Assembly (NCBI RefSeq): GCF_910579375.1
Contig: NZ_CAJTUJ010000001.1
Location: 1 to 57,671, forward strand
DNA length: 57,671 nt
Direction: 5' to 3'
Source: an uncultured Rikenella sp.
GTDB lineage: Bacteria > Bacteroidota > Bacteroidia > Bacteroidales > Rikenellaceae
Shown: positions 37,329-48,163 of the stretch, in pieces
Numbering within the stretch: position 1 is the stretch's first letter
Layout of the letters: every line of letters begins with the position of its first letter
Notes under the pieces: model-generated
The model's database searches: none
The model's input: only the letters and a program-made list of their open reading frames with translations
Told to the model about the DNA's origin: nothing
Translations under genes and position numbers: made by a program

Positions 37329-39413
37329 ATGAAACGACTCTTTGCCGTAATCGCATTGTTTTCCGTGGCTTACGGCTCTCAGGCCGGACCGAAAGGATAC
37401 CCTGCCCCGTATGTTTTGTCGCAGGGGCAGGAGTTGCCGCGCTCGGTCTTCGTGAGCTATCGGAGTGCGGCGCATGCATTCCGAAACGACTTCGACAGTT
37501 CGCAATATTTCGTCGGGTTGAACGGCGAGTGGAGCTTCCGGCTCTTCGGCTCGATGGCGGAGGTGCCGGACGAGGTCGGAGGCGACGGCGATACGCTGGA
37601 AAAACTGATCGAGAGCTGGCCGCGGGTGACTTTGCCCGGGGCGTGGGAGCTGGCGGGGCACGGAGGAGAGGGGGGGGCGGTTTTTGCCTCCCGAGCATAC
37701 GATTTTGCTACTTCGGCCAGAGAGGCGCGACCGCCGTTCGTGCCGGACGGAGCGGTGGGGGTCTATATTCGGAAGTTTACGGTGCAGTTCGACCTGTTCG
37801 ACAAGGCGCACTTCCTGCATATCGGAGCGGTCAGGGCCGGGGCACGGGTTTTCGTCAACGGCAACGAGGTGGGGTTCAGTTGCCGCGATTCGAAGAATCC
37901 GGTGGAATTCGATGTCACGAAATATGTGAACGAGGGACGGAACTGGGTGGCGATCGTGGTGCCGCGTTGGACGCCGGCGAGCTATCTGGAGGATTGGGAG
38001 GGATGGCGGTTGGGAGGGATCGATCGGGATATCTTCCTGTTCGCTCAGCCGAAAATCCGGATGCGGGACTATCTGGTACAGACGACGCTCGATCCGAGCT
38101 ATACCAACGGTCTGCTGGAGACGGCGATGCTGTTGAAAACCCAGCTGCTCAATCCGTTTTCGGTGACGGTCTATTACGACCTGTACGATCCGGAGGGGAA
38201 GCGGGTGAACAGCGATTTCCGCGATGTGGAGATGGGGATGCGGCTGGAGGATACCGTCCGTTTTACGGCCTCGATACCGAACGTGCGGAAGTGGACGGCG
38301 GAAGAGCCGAATCTCTATACGATTCTCTATCGCATCAAGCGTGAGGGACGGTTTACCGAATATGTGGCGTGCCGGGTGGGGTTCCGGACGGTCGAGACGC
38401 AGGGCGAGCGGTTGCTGGTGAACGGTGTGCCGGTGATGTTCAAGGGGGTTAACCTCGCGGAACATTCGGTTTCGACGGGGAATTACGTGGATACGGCTCA
38501 GATGCGGGCGATGTTGCGGGAGATGAAACGGGCTGGGGTCAATGCCGTTCGGACGGACGGCTATCCGATGCCTTACAGCTTCTATCAGTTGTGCGACGAG
38601 TTGGGGTTCTATGTCTGCGATGTGGCGGATATAAACACTTGGGGATTAGGGACGCGGCGGAGCAAGGGGGGGAATGTGACGAACGATCCGGCGTGGCGCG
38701 AGGCGTACTTGGCGCGGATCGAGGCGATGTACGAACGCAACAAGAACCATCCGTCGGTGGTGATGTGGTCGTTGGGCGACCGGTCGGGGAACGGATATAA
38801 TATGTATCAGGGCTACCTGATGCTCCGGGCGAAGGATCGGACGAGGCCGATCGTCTATAACGGTGCGGGGATGGAGTGGAACACGGATGTCTATTGTCCG
38901 GACTATCCGGAGACGGTGCAGAATGAGTCGGGGCGGCCGTTCATTCCGTCGCGGACGACGGCCGGAGTGACGGATTGGTGGACGAAGCCGGGTTTGCAGG
39001 GGGCTTTTCTGGAGCGTTGGAACGATCTTTCGCTGGAGGCAGAGGTGCCGGGCGGGAAATATTTTTTGGCGGATGACTATCGGCGGGTTTCGCTGGCGGA
39101 CGGGACGGTGGATTTGCCGGCGATGGAGCGGAGCGAGGCTTTGCGGCGGATCTTTGCGAATGTGGCGATTTCGCAGGTGGATAACGGCCGGGGAATTTAT
39201 CGGTTCGAAAATCGGATGCAGTTTGTTGATTTACGGGACTTTCCGATCGAATATCGCCTGACGGCGGGGGACAAGGTGCTCCGTTCGGGAGTTTTCCGGG
39301 TGTCGGCGGCGCCGGGGAAGGCGATCGATGCGGTGATTCCGGGTGTCGGCGGGGTGAATAAGGATCGTAAACTGGTCATCACGGTCGGAAATATCGCCTG
39401 TGCCGAATTTTAA
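37329..39413 (+). CDS. Secreted GH2 (LacZ-like) protein with degenerate active site and no C-terminal small-chain domain
   Basis: Signal peptide; LNGEW.F, DSKNP.EFDVT, W..ASYLED...WRL.GI.RD, W.AE.PNLY, R.KNHPSVVMWSLG; catalytic NE reads DR. -7 box at 37299-37306. Confidence 0.85.
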   Translation: MKRLFAVIALFSVAYGSQAGPKGYPAPYVLSQGQELPRSVFVSYRSAAHAFRNDFDSSQYFVGLNGEWSFRLFGSMAEVPDEVGGDGDTLEKLIESWPRVTLPGAWELAGHGGEGGAVFASRAYDFATSAREARPPFVPDGAVGVYIRKFTVQFDLFDKAHFLHIGAVRAGARVFVNGNEVGFSCRDSKNPVEFDVTKYVNEGRNWVAIVVPRWTPASYLEDWEGWRLGGIDRDIFLFAQPKIRMRDYLVQTTLDPSYTNGLLETAMLLKTQLLNPFSVTVYYDLYDPEGKRVNSDFRDVEMGMRLEDTVRFTASIPNVRKWTAEEPNLYTILYRIKREGRFTEYVACRVGFRTVETQGERLLVNGVPVMFKGVNLAEHSVSTGNYVDTAQMRAMLREMKRAGVNAVRTDGYPMPYSFYQLCDELGFYVCDVADINTWGLGTRRSKGGNVTNDPAWREAYLARIEAMYERNKNHPSVVMWSLGDRSGNGYNMYQGYLMLRAKDRTRPIVYNGAGMEWNTDVYCPDYPETVQNESGRPFIPSRTTAGVTDWWTKPGLQGAFLERWNDLSLEAEVPGGKYFLADDYRRVSLADGTVDLPAMERSEALRRIFANVAISQVDNGRGIYRFENRMQFVDLRDFPIEYRLTAGDKVLRSGVFRVSAAPGKAIDAVIPGVGGVNKDRKLVITVGNIACAEF

Positions 39414-39443
39414 TGTTTTGCAATTCTTTGTCTGTTCATTAGC

Positions 39444-39704
39444 AACCGGAGGGTACCGTTCTCTTTGAGAACAAAGAGAACCAGAAAAACTTTAGAGCGC
39501 ATCCCTGCAGGATGCTTTGGCCGTGTCTGACCTTGAGTTGGGCTGGATTTTCGGGGGGCGCGCTAATAATGGGCGAGAACCCCACGCGCGCCACGCCTGA
39601 AAATCACAGTCCAACGAACAAGGCGGAGAGAACCCGTGGTCGTCCCACCGGGACGACCTCTGCAAAAGTCTTTTGGGTACCTTTTCTTCAGAAAAGGTAC
39701 GGTT
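39444..39704 (+). other. Highly structured non-coding element (ncRNA or MITE/REP-like repeat)
   Basis: Four short perfect hairpins plus a four-segment central stem, with G-T wobbles favouring the + strand. No credible ORF. Confidence 0.7.
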
Positions 39705-39747
39705 CCGTCTTGTAGCTAAAGAATAGATAAAAAATACAAATAGAATT

Positions 39748-40509
39748 ATGAATCGTTTGCGGACGATCTATTATTTGACCGTGTTGAGCTTGTTCACCGT
39801 GGTGATCTTTTCGGTGTTCGCTACCGTGTGGCTGCTGACCGTCCTGTTCGACCGGGATCGGGTGGTGTGTCACCACGTGTCGCAGTTCTGGTCGATGATG
39901 ATTTACCGGCTCAGTCCGTGGTGGAAAGTGGAGGTGACGGGACTGGAAAATGTCATTTACGGGCGGTCGTATGTGGTCGTGTCCAACCATCAGGCGATGC
40001 TCGATATACCGCTTTTATACGTTTTGCCGTTCAATTTCAAGTGGGTGTCGAAACGGGAAGTATATAAGATACCGGTTTTCGGTTGGGTGCTGTGGATGCA
40101 CGGTGACGTGGCGATTGAACGGGGAGCTTCGGCGGCGGCCAAGGCGATGATGGCCAAGTGCGAAGCCTATTTGCGACGTGGGGTGAGCGTCATCATGTTT
40201 CCGGAGGGGACGAGGACGAAGACCGGGCAGGTGAATGCTTTCAAAGAGGGGGCGATGCGGCTGGCGCAGGAGAGCGGCGTGGACATCCTGCCGGTGGTGA
40301 TCGACGGAACCTACGACGCGTTCGATCATTCGGGGATTGCGGCGCCGCATACGTTTCGGGTGCGGATTCTGCCGGCTATCGGCGCGAACGAAGTCTCGTG
40401 CACCTCGACACGGGAGCTGCGGGATACGCTCAATACGCTGATGTGCGATACCCACAAGGAGATCGCGCCGCGACATTATCGGAAGAAAGATCAATCAGTA
40501 GGAGAATAA
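39748..40509 (+). CDS. plsC: 1-acyl-sn-glycerol-3-phosphate acyltransferase
   Basis: NHQAMLD (HX4D), FPEGTR. Confidence 0.9.
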   Translation: MNRLRTIYYLTVLSLFTVVIFSVFATVWLLTVLFDRDRVVCHHVSQFWSMMIYRLSPWWKVEVTGLENVIYGRSYVVVSNHQAMLDIPLLYVLPFNFKWVSKREVYKIPVFGWVLWMHGDVAIERGASAAAKAMMAKCEAYLRRGVSVIMFPEGTRTKTGQVNAFKEGAMRLAQESGVDILPVVIDGTYDAFDHSGIAAPHTFRVRILPAIGANEVSCTSTRELRDTLNTLMCDTHKEIAPRHYRKKDQSVGE

Positions 40510-40518
40510 AATTAGGAG

Positions 40519-42405
40519 ATGACAGCAGTGCAAGAGGCAGTGAACGACTATTCGGAGGAGCATATTCGGACGCTCGACTGGAAAGAGCATATCCGGCGGA
40601 GGCCGGGGATGTATATCGGCAAACTCGGCGACGGATCGCAGCCGGACGACGGGATCTATATCCTGATCAAAGAGGTGCTCGACAACTCGCTGGACGAGTA
40701 CATGATGGGTTTCGGGAAGCAGATCGAAATCTGGGTGGAGGATGCGGCCGTAACGATTCGGGACTACGGTCGCGGGATTCCGCTCGGGAAGTTGGAAGAG
40801 GTGGCTTCGAAAATGAATACCGGGGCGAAGTACGACTCCAAGGCTTTCAAGAAGTCGGTCGGGCTTAACGGGGTGGGGATCAAGGCCGTGAATGCCTTGT
40901 CTTCGACCTTTACGATAACCAGTACGCGGGACGGCGAGGCCAGGACGATCGAGTTCCAGGCGGGCTCTAAAGTCGGGGAGCATACCGATTCGACCGGCGA
41001 GAAGAATGGAACGCGGGTGCGGTTCGTGGCGGATACGACTGTGTTTGGGGATTATCGCTATAATTTCGAGTTTATCGAGACGATGCTCCGGAATTACACC
41101 TACCTCAATGCGGGTTTGGTCATCAAGTTCAACGGGGTGCCGTATGTGTCGAAAAACGGGCTGCTCGATCTGCTGAACGAGAGCGTCGGAGGCGAGTTTC
41201 TCTACCCGGCGATTCACCTCTCGGGGGACGATATCGAAGTAGCGATGACCCACGGGACGGGATACAACGAGACCTACTATTCGTTCGTGAACGGGCAGCA
41301 TACCACGCAGGGAGGGACGCACCAGGCGGCTTTCCGCGAGGCGGTGGTGAAGACCGTGCGGGAGTTCTATAAAAAGGACTTCGACGCGTCGGACATTCGG
41401 ACTTCGATTATCGCCGCTGTCAGCGTCAAGGTAGAAGAGCCGGTTTTCGAGTCGCAGACCAAGACCAAACTGGGGTCGAAAGAGATGGGGCCGGAGGGGC
41501 CGACGGTGCGGAATTTCGTGGTCGACTTCCTGAAAGAGCACCTCGATAATTACTTGCATAAAAACCCGGAAACGGCTGATATACTGCTGAAAAAAATTCA
41601 GGAAGCGGAGAAGGAGCGAAAGGCGATCAGCGGGATTCAGAAGAAAGCGAGGGAGTTTGCCAAAAAAGTCTCGTTGCACAACAAGAAGCTGCGGGACTGT
41701 CGGATTCATCTGGGAGATAAGAACGAGCGGGCGGAGGAGAGCTCGATTTTCATCACCGAGGGGGACTCGGCCAGCGGGTCGATCACCAAGAGTCGGGATG
41801 TCAATACGCAGGCGGTGTTCAGCTTGCGGGGGAAGCCGCTCAATACTTATGGGCTGACCAAAAAAATCGTCTACGAAAACGAGGAGTTCAACCTCTTGCA
41901 GGCGGCGTTGAACATCGAGGAGGATATGGACAACCTGCGGTACAACAAGGTGATTATCGCGACGGATGCCGATGTCGACGGAATGCACATCCGGCTGTTG
42001 TTGATCACCTTCTTCTTGCAGTTCTTTCCGGATATCATCCGGGGCGGGCACCTTTATATTTTGCAGACGCCGTTGTTCCGGGTGCGGAACAAGAAAGAGA
42101 CGCGGTATTGTTATACCGAGACCGAGCGGCAGCAGGCGATCGCGAAGCTGGGGGCCAATCCGGAGATCACCCGGTTCAAAGGGCTGGGGGAGATTTCTCC
42201 CGATGAGTTCAAGGAGTTTATCGGCGAAGGGATTCGGCTCGAAAAGGTGCGGCTGACCAAGGGAGATCCGATCTCGGATCTGCTGGAGTTCTACATGGGG
42301 AAAAATACGCAGGAACGGCAGGATTTCATTATCGACAACCTGAAAATCGAGGAGGATTTGGTCGAGGAGTTGGAAAATGCACAGGAACTGACTGAAGCGA
42401 TTTAA
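40519..42405 (+). CDS. parE: DNA topoisomerase IV subunit B
   Basis: [36 protein letters not shown]; Bacteroidetes ParE type. Confidence 0.92.
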   Translation: MTAVQEAVNDYSEEHIRTLDWKEHIRRRPGMYIGKLGDGSQPDDGIYILIKEVLDNSLDEYMMGFGKQIEIWVEDAAVTIRDYGRGIPLGKLEEVASKMNTGAKYDSKAFKKSVGLNGVGIKAVNALSSTFTITSTRDGEARTIEFQAGSKVGEHTDSTGEKNGTRVRFVADTTVFGDYRYNFEFIETMLRNYTYLNAGLVIKFNGVPYVSKNGLLDLLNESVGGEFLYPAIHLSGDDIEVAMTHGTGYNETYYSFVNGQHTTQGGTHQAAFREAVVKTVREFYKKDFDASDIRTSIIAAVSVKVEEPVFESQTKTKLGSKEMGPEGPTVRNFVVDFLKEHLDNYLHKNPETADILLKKIQEAEKERKAISGIQKKAREFAKKVSLHNKKLRDCRIHLGDKNERAEESSIFITEGDSASGSITKSRDVNTQAVFSLRGKPLNTYGLTKKIVYENEEFNLLQAALNIEEDMDNLRYNKVIIATDADVDGMHIRLLLITFFLQFFPDIIRGGHLYILQTPLFRVRNKKETRYCYTETERQQAIAKLGANPEITRFKGLGEISPDEFKEFIGEGIRLEKVRLTKGDPISDLLEFYMGKNTQERQDFIIDNLKIEEDLVEELENAQELTEAI

Positions 42406-42432
42406 AAGATAGATTACGGAAAAGGGTTATAG

Positions 42433-45105
42433 ATGAGCGAGATAGAAGAAAACGAAACGATTGTCCCGGTGGACGCGGCCGCAGCTTCCGAAGTTGCGGA
42501 ACAGGGGGCTGGGAGTAAGTATGCGCGGCTGACCGGAGAGGCGGTGGCCCATCGGCTGACGGGGATGTATAAGGACTGGTTCCTGGATTACGCATCCTAT
42601 GTGATCTTGGAACGGGCCGTGCCCCACTTGGACGACGGCTTGAAGCCGGTGCAGCGGCGGATTTTGCACTCCATGAAGCGGATGGACGACGGCCGGTACA
42701 ATAAGGTGGCCAATATCATCGGTTTCACCATGCAGTTCCACCCGCACGGCGATGCCTCGATCGGGGATGCCTTGGTGCAGCTGGGGCAGAAGGATTTGCT
42801 GGTCGATACGCAGGGGAACTGGGGGAATATCCTCACGGGGGACAGTGCGGCGGCGCCGCGATATATTGAGGCGCGGTTGTCGAAACTGGCGCTGGATGTG
42901 GTGTTCAATCCGAAGACCACGGAGTGGATGCTGTCGTACGACGGGCGGAATCAGGAGCCGGTGACGCTGCCGGTAAAGTTTCCGCTGTTGCTGGCGCAGG
43001 GGGTCGAAGGGATTGCCGTAGGGCTGGCTTCCAAGATACTGCCGCACAACTTTATCGAGCTTTTAGAAGCTTCTGTCGCCTATCTTAAAGGCGAGGAATT
43101 TACGCTTTATCCCGATTTTCCGACCGGCGGTTTGATCGACTGTTCGCGGTACAACGACGGGATGCGCGGCGGAGCGGTCAAAGTGCGGGCGAGGATTACG
43201 AAACTGGATAAAAAGACTCTGGTCATCAGTGAAATTCCGTATGGGAAGAGCACCTCGACCGTGATCGACTCGATCCTCAAGGCCAATGAGAAAGGGAAGA
43301 TCAAGATCAAGCGGGTGGACGACAATACGGCGGCCAATGTCGAGATCGTGGTGCACCTTTCGGGCGATGTGTCGCCGGACAAGACCATCGACGCGCTGTA
43401 TGCCTTTACGGATTGCGAAGTCTCGATCTCTCCGAACGCTTGTGTGATCGAGGATAAAAAACCGTTGTTTATCGGGGTGAGCGATATGTTGCGGCGGTCG
43501 GTGGGACATACCAAGGGGCTTTTGAAACGGGAGCTCGAAATCCGGCTGGGTGAATTGAACGAGGAGTGGCACATGTCGTCGTTGGAACGGATTTTTATCG
43601 AAAATCGGATTTACAATTCGATCGAAGAGTGTACGACGTGGGAAGGGGTGCTCGAAACCATCGACCGCGAGTTGACGCCGTTCAAGGCACAATTGAGGCG
43701 GGAGGTGACGCGCGAGGACATCGTTAAGCTGACGGAGATCAAGATCAAGCGGATTTCGCGATACGACGCTTTCCGGGCCGACGAACAGATCCGGAATATC
43801 GAGGCGGAAATTGCTGAAGTGGAACATCACTTGGCGACGATAACGGATTATACGATTGCGTATTATCAAAATATTTTAAAGAAGCACGGCAAGGGGCGGG
43901 AGCGGAAGACCGAGATTCGGAGTTTCGATACGATCGAAGCGGCTAAGGTGGTGGTGGCCAATGCCAAACTGTATGTCAATCGGGCGGAAGGTTTCTATGG
44001 GATCGGAGCCGGGATGAAGAAAGAGGAGTTCGTGTGCGACTGCTCGGACATCGACGACGTGATTATCTTCAATAAGCAAGGTAAGTACGTGATTACCAAA
44101 GTGTCGGAGAAGGCGTTTTTCAGCAAGAACATCCTCTACATCGGGGTGTTCAAGCGGAACGACGATCGGACGATCTATAATGTGCTCTACCGGGATGGGC
44201 TGAAAGGGGCGATTATGATGAAACGGTGCGCCATCAAGGGAATTACGCGCGATCGCGAGTACGACATCACGAAAGGGGAGGCGGGGAGCGAGGTGCTCTA
44301 TATGAGCGTCAATCCGAACGGAGAGGCGGAGACTTTGAAAATCTATTTCAAACCGCGGCCGCGGCTGAAGAAGTTGATTACCGACCTCAATTTCGGCGAT
44401 TTGGTGATTAAGGGACGGCAGTCGCAGGGTAATCTCTTTTCGCGCTATGCGATCCACAAGATTGTCATGAAAGAGCGGGGAGCTTCGACTTTGGGGGGCC
44501 AGAATGTCTGGTTCGACCACGACATCAACCGCCTCAATACGGAGGAGCGCGGCGAGTTGTTGGGTGAATTCGTGGGCGACGACCGGTTGGTGGTCTTTAC
44601 CAAAGATGCGCAGTATTATACCTCCAATTACGATCTGGGGCAGCATTTCCCTGAGAATCTGCTTTTTGTCGAAAAGTACGATCCGGAGAAGATCTATACG
44701 GTGGTGTATATCGATCGGGAGCAGGGATTGCACTACATCAAACGCTTCCAGGCGGAGCAGTGCGATCAGCGTCCGCAGCAGTTCGTCGAGCCTGAAAACG
44801 AGTTCGTTACGTTGAATGGCGATAAATATCCGGTGGTGAAGCTGCAATATGGCGGCAAGTACAACGAGCGCTCTCCGGAGGTGGTGGATGCCGATGAATT
44901 TATCGGCGTGAAGAGCCATCGGGCGAAAGGGAAGCGGCTTTCGAACCTGACGTTGGCCGAGGTGGTTTGGCTGGAGCCTTTACGGAAAGAGCCGGAAACG
45001 GATGCTGCGGCGATGGAGTCCGTCGCGACTACGGTCACCGATGTGGAGGTAGAGGGTGAAGAATCTGTTTCTCTTGGAGAGGATAATCAACTGGAACTAT
45101 TTTAA
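42433..45105 (+). CDS. parC: DNA topoisomerase IV subunit A
   Basis: DGLKPVQRR, HPHGD, AAPRYIEARL. Confidence 0.92.
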   Translation: MSEIEENETIVPVDAAAASEVAEQGAGSKYARLTGEAVAHRLTGMYKDWFLDYASYVILERAVPHLDDGLKPVQRRILHSMKRMDDGRYNKVANIIGFTMQFHPHGDASIGDALVQLGQKDLLVDTQGNWGNILTGDSAAAPRYIEARLSKLALDVVFNPKTTEWMLSYDGRNQEPVTLPVKFPLLLAQGVEGIAVGLASKILPHNFIELLEASVAYLKGEEFTLYPDFPTGGLIDCSRYNDGMRGGAVKVRARITKLDKKTLVISEIPYGKSTSTVIDSILKANEKGKIKIKRVDDNTAANVEIVVHLSGDVSPDKTIDALYAFTDCEVSISPNACVIEDKKPLFIGVSDMLRRSVGHTKGLLKRELEIRLGELNEEWHMSSLERIFIENRIYNSIEECTTWEGVLETIDRELTPFKAQLRREVTREDIVKLTEIKIKRISRYDAFRADEQIRNIEAEIAEVEHHLATITDYTIAYYQNILKKHGKGRERKTEIRSFDTIEAAKVVVANAKLYVNRAEGFYGIGAGMKKEEFVCDCSDIDDVIIFNKQGKYVITKVSEKAFFSKNILYIGVFKRNDDRTIYNVLYRDGLKGAIMMKRCAIKGITRDREYDITKGEAGSEVLYMSVNPNGEAETLKIYFKPRPRLKKLITDLNFGDLVIKGRQSQGNLFSRYAIHKIVMKERGASTLGGQNVWFDHDINRLNTEERGELLGEFVGDDRLVVFTKDAQYYTSNYDLGQHFPENLLFVEKYDPEKIYTVVYIDREQGLHYIKRFQAEQCDQRPQQFVEPENEFVTLNGDKYPVVKLQYGGKYNERSPEVVDADEFIGVKSHRAKGKRLSNLTLAEVVWLEPLRKEPETDAAAMESVATTVTDVEVEGEESVSLGEDNQLELF

Positions 45106-45121
45106 TTGTCATTTTTAAGAG

Positions 45122-45640
45122 ATGTTGATTTTCCTGATCGGTTTTATGGGGAGCGGAAAGACGACGCTCGGGCGACCGCTAGCGAGTCGGTTGGGGTATG
45201 ATTTTGTCGATCTTGACAAGGCGATCGAGGCGGGAGAGGGGCTGACGATCGGGGAAATTTTCGCGACGCGGGGAGAGGAGCGATTTCGGGAGTTGGAACG
45301 TGTTTATTTGCAGGAGATTCTCTCCAATAAGCGAGATGCTGTCATCTCTACCGGAGGTGGAACGCCGTGTTTTAACGGAAATATGGAGGCGATGAATGCC
45401 GGCGGGGTGACGGTTTATTTGAAATTGGCTCCCGCGATGCTGGCCGATCGGTTGGCTTCGGCGAAAGTTTGTCGTCCGCTTTTGGCGGGCAAGTCGCCGG
45501 AGGAGCTTTTGCAGTATGTTTCCGACACCTTGGCGGTGCGGGAGGCCTATTATGAGCAGGCCAATGTGGTGGTGGCGAATCCGTCGCGCGATGTGGGGAG
45601 GCTGGCAGAGGTTTTAAAACCTTATTTGATTCATTTTTAG
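45122..45640 (+). CDS. aroK: Shikimate kinase
   Basis: GFMGSGKTT, DLD, GE..FR, GGG, RPLL. Confidence 0.95.
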   Translation: MLIFLIGFMGSGKTTLGRPLASRLGYDFVDLDKAIEAGEGLTIGEIFATRGEERFRELERVYLQEILSNKRDAVISTGGGTPCFNGNMEAMNAGGVTVYLKLAPAMLADRLASAKVCRPLLAGKSPEELLQYVSDTLAVREAYYEQANVVVANPSRDVGRLAEVLKPYLIHF

Positions 45641-45649
45641 TCTATCCGG

Positions 45650-46507
45650 ATGGGAAACCTAAAGCATTACTTCTCTTTGGTGAAATTCGCACATACGGCA
45701 TTTGCGTTGCCGTTTGCGTTGATCGGCTATGTTTTAGGGGTGTTGGAAAGGGGTTTCGATTTTTGGATTTTGGTGGGAATATTGGCCTGCATGGTCTTTG
45801 TTCGAAATGCGGCGATGGGGTTCAATCGTTTGATCGACAGGCGATTCGATGCGCAGAATGTGCGGACAGCCGGGCGGGAGATTCCTGCTGGAAAGATTAG
45901 CGTTCGGGCGGCGAGGTGGTTTGTGGTGCTCAATGCGGTGGCTTTTGTGGTCGTTGCCGCGACTTTCAATCGACTGACTCTCTGGCTTTCGCCGGTGGTG
46001 TTGCTGGTGGTGCTCGGGTATAGCTATACCAAGCGATTTACGGCGTTGTGTCATGCGGTGTTGGGGTTGGGGCTGGCGATGGCGCCGTGCGGAGCGTATA
46101 TCGCCGTGACGGGGACTTTGTCGATTGTTCCCGTATGGTTGTCCGTTTTGGTATTGACATGGGTCACGGGCTTCGATATTATTTATGCCCTGCAAGATGT
46201 GGATTTCGACCGTTCGCAGCGATTGCACTCGATTCCGGCAGCGTTAGGTGTGCGGGGAGCGTTGTGGGTCAGTGTTTTGCTGCATGCGGTTACCGCGGCG
46301 ATGGTGGCGGTGGTGGGATTTAGCTTGGGAGGAGGGATTTTGTACTGTATCGGAGCGGCGATTTTTCTCGCATTATTGCTCTATCAGCATCTCATCGTGC
46401 GTCCGGACGATCTGTCGCGGATCGGGGCGATGTTCGGTATAACAAACGGCGTAGCGAGTATCGCATACGCCGTGTTCGTTATCCTCGGATTGTTCTTCAG
46501 AATATAA
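45650..46507 (+). CDS. UbiA-family polyprenyltransferase (MqnP-like)
   Basis: KFAHT.FALPF, AMGFNR.IDR.FD..N.RT..R, YSYTKRF, FDIIYA.QD..FD. Confidence 0.88.
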   Translation: MGNLKHYFSLVKFAHTAFALPFALIGYVLGVLERGFDFWILVGILACMVFVRNAAMGFNRLIDRRFDAQNVRTAGREIPAGKISVRAARWFVVLNAVAFVVVAATFNRLTLWLSPVVLLVVLGYSYTKRFTALCHAVLGLGLAMAPCGAYIAVTGTLSIVPVWLSVLVLTWVTGFDIIYALQDVDFDRSQRLHSIPAALGVRGALWVSVLLHAVTAAMVAVVGFSLGGGILYCIGAAIFLALLLYQHLIVRPDDLSRIGAMFGITNGVASIAYAVFVILGLFFRI

Positions 46508-46516
46508 AGCGACAGT

Positions 46517-48163
46517 TTATTTTCTTCGGAACATCCACTTGAAAATCAGAATAAAAATCAATATCGAAGAGGCCCAGAGCAGGAACTTCGCATATCCTAA
46601 GTCGGAGCGCGTATTGATCAGCAAGACCGAGCCGATGAACAATCCGACGAGGATCAAGGCGTAGGCCATCCTGAACCCGACGTTCCGCACCGCCTTCTGT
46701 AACATCTCGCTGTTTTCGAAGCGGATGTTGTGGCGTATCTCTCCCTGTTTCAGCTTATAGAGGATTTCACTGATGTCGTTCGGCAGGTTGGAGGCCAGAC
46801 TGGCGTAGTTTTTCAAGGTCTGATACAGCTCTCCGGCCAGTTTGCGGGGCGAGAAGCGATTCATAATGACATCCTTGGCATACGGCGCAATCAACGGCGT
46901 GAACGGAATGTCCGGATCCAGTTTTTCAGCCACTTTTTGAATGGTTGCCAAAGACTTGACCAGCATAAAGATACCGCCCGGTATCTGAAGTGAAAATTTC
47001 GTAATCAGGTTGATGCATTGCTGGATCATCGCCGCATAATCGAGCTTTTCGATCGCGACGTGGCTGTATTGTGCGATCATCTGCTGGAGGCTGAATATCA
47101 GTTCGTCGCGTTTTTTGAAGAAGCGCACGTTGCACAACGAGATCAAGGCATCCGCCACCGTAGCCGGGTCGCGCCGCACGAAGCCGATCGAAATGTTGGC
47201 CAGAAAATCCATGTCCCGTGGTGTCAGCGCCCCGACCATCCCGAAGTCGATGAATGCGATAACATTGTTCGGCAGGATAAAGATGTTGCCCGCATGCGGA
47301 TCGGCGTGGAAAAACCCGTGGCGCAGAATCATCGTCAGAAGGGCATTCGCTCCGTTCAATGCAATCTGTTGCGTATCCAGTCCGTTGGCTTTCAGCACCA
47401 TCGGATCGTCCGGCGTGATGCCCGTCACCCGTTCCATGACGAGCAGTCGGCGGGTCGTGTATTCCGTATAGACTTTCGGAATGTAGACTGTTAGGTCGTT
47501 TTCGAACATCTGCCGGAAGCGGAGGATGTTGGCCGCCTCATAGCTGTAGTCCAGCTCGTGCAGGATACTCTCTCCGAATTCGTCCACCACGCCGACGATG
47601 TCGAGCGCGGCCATTTCCGGATAGTTCTTGGCCAGTTTGGCCGCCAGAAAACGCATGAGGTAGAGGTCGAGCTTGATCTTCTGCTCGATTTTCGGACGCC
47701 GTATCTTGACGATCACCGGTGTCCCGTCCGCCAGCGTCGCGCCGTAGACCTGTCCGATCGAAGCCGAAGCCATACAGGTGTCGTCGAACGTGGCGAACAC
47801 CTTCTCGATCGGCACCCCCAATTCGTCTTCGATCAGGCTGCGGGCCTGTCGGTCGTCGAACGGCAGGGCGCGGGACTGCAATTTTTTCAACTCGCTCCGG
47901 AACCGTTCCGACACGACGTCCGGTCGGTCGGCCAGAATCTGACCGAACTTGATGTAGGTCGGCCCGAGGTCCTCGATCGTCAGCCGCAGCCGCTCTTCGG
48001 TCGTATAGACCGGTTTCGACTTCCGGATGCGCCGTTTGCGGATGCGTCGCCCGATCCAGGAACGGGCGATGAGCTCGTCAAAACCCTGTCCGATGATGAT
48101 TCCGGTGATTTCGCCGGCCCGCTTGATTTTCAGGTAGCCTACGTAGAGATTGGTCGGTTTCAT
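46517..48163 (-). CDS. AarF/UbiB (ABC1) atypical kinase
   Basis: LGPTYIKFGQ (KxGQ), ASASIGQV, FHADPH.GN, DFG, 2 C-terminal TM helices. Confidence 0.92.
   Translation of the reverse strand: MKPTNLYVGYLKIKRAGEITGIIIGQGFDELIARSWIGRRIRKRRIRKSKPVYTTEERLRLTIEDLGPTYIKFGQILADRPDVVSERFRSELKKLQSRALPFDDRQARSLIEDELGVPIEKVFATFDDTCMASASIGQVYGATLADGTPVIVKIRRPKIEQKIKLDLYLMRFLAAKLAKNYPEMAALDIVGVVDEFGESILHELDYSYEAANILRFRQMFENDLTVYIPKVYTEYTTRRLLVMERVTGITPDDPMVLKANGLDTQQIALNGANALLTMILRHGFFHADPHAGNIFILPNNVIAFIDFGMVGALTPRDMDFLANISIGFVRRDPATVADALISLCNVRFFKKRDELIFSLQQMIAQYSHVAIEKLDYAAMIQQCINLITKFSLQIPGGIFMLVKSLATIQKVAEKLDPDIPFTPLIAPYAKDVIMNRFSPRKLAGELYQTLKNYASLASNLPNDISEILYKLKQGEIRHNIRFENSEMLQKAVRNVGFRMAYALILVGLFIGSVLLINTRSDLGYAKFLLWASSILIFILIFKWMFRRK

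Noticed and set aside
39512..39715. 67-aa ORF inside the structured element
   Set aside because: No protein-like features; the sequence is better explained by base pairing.
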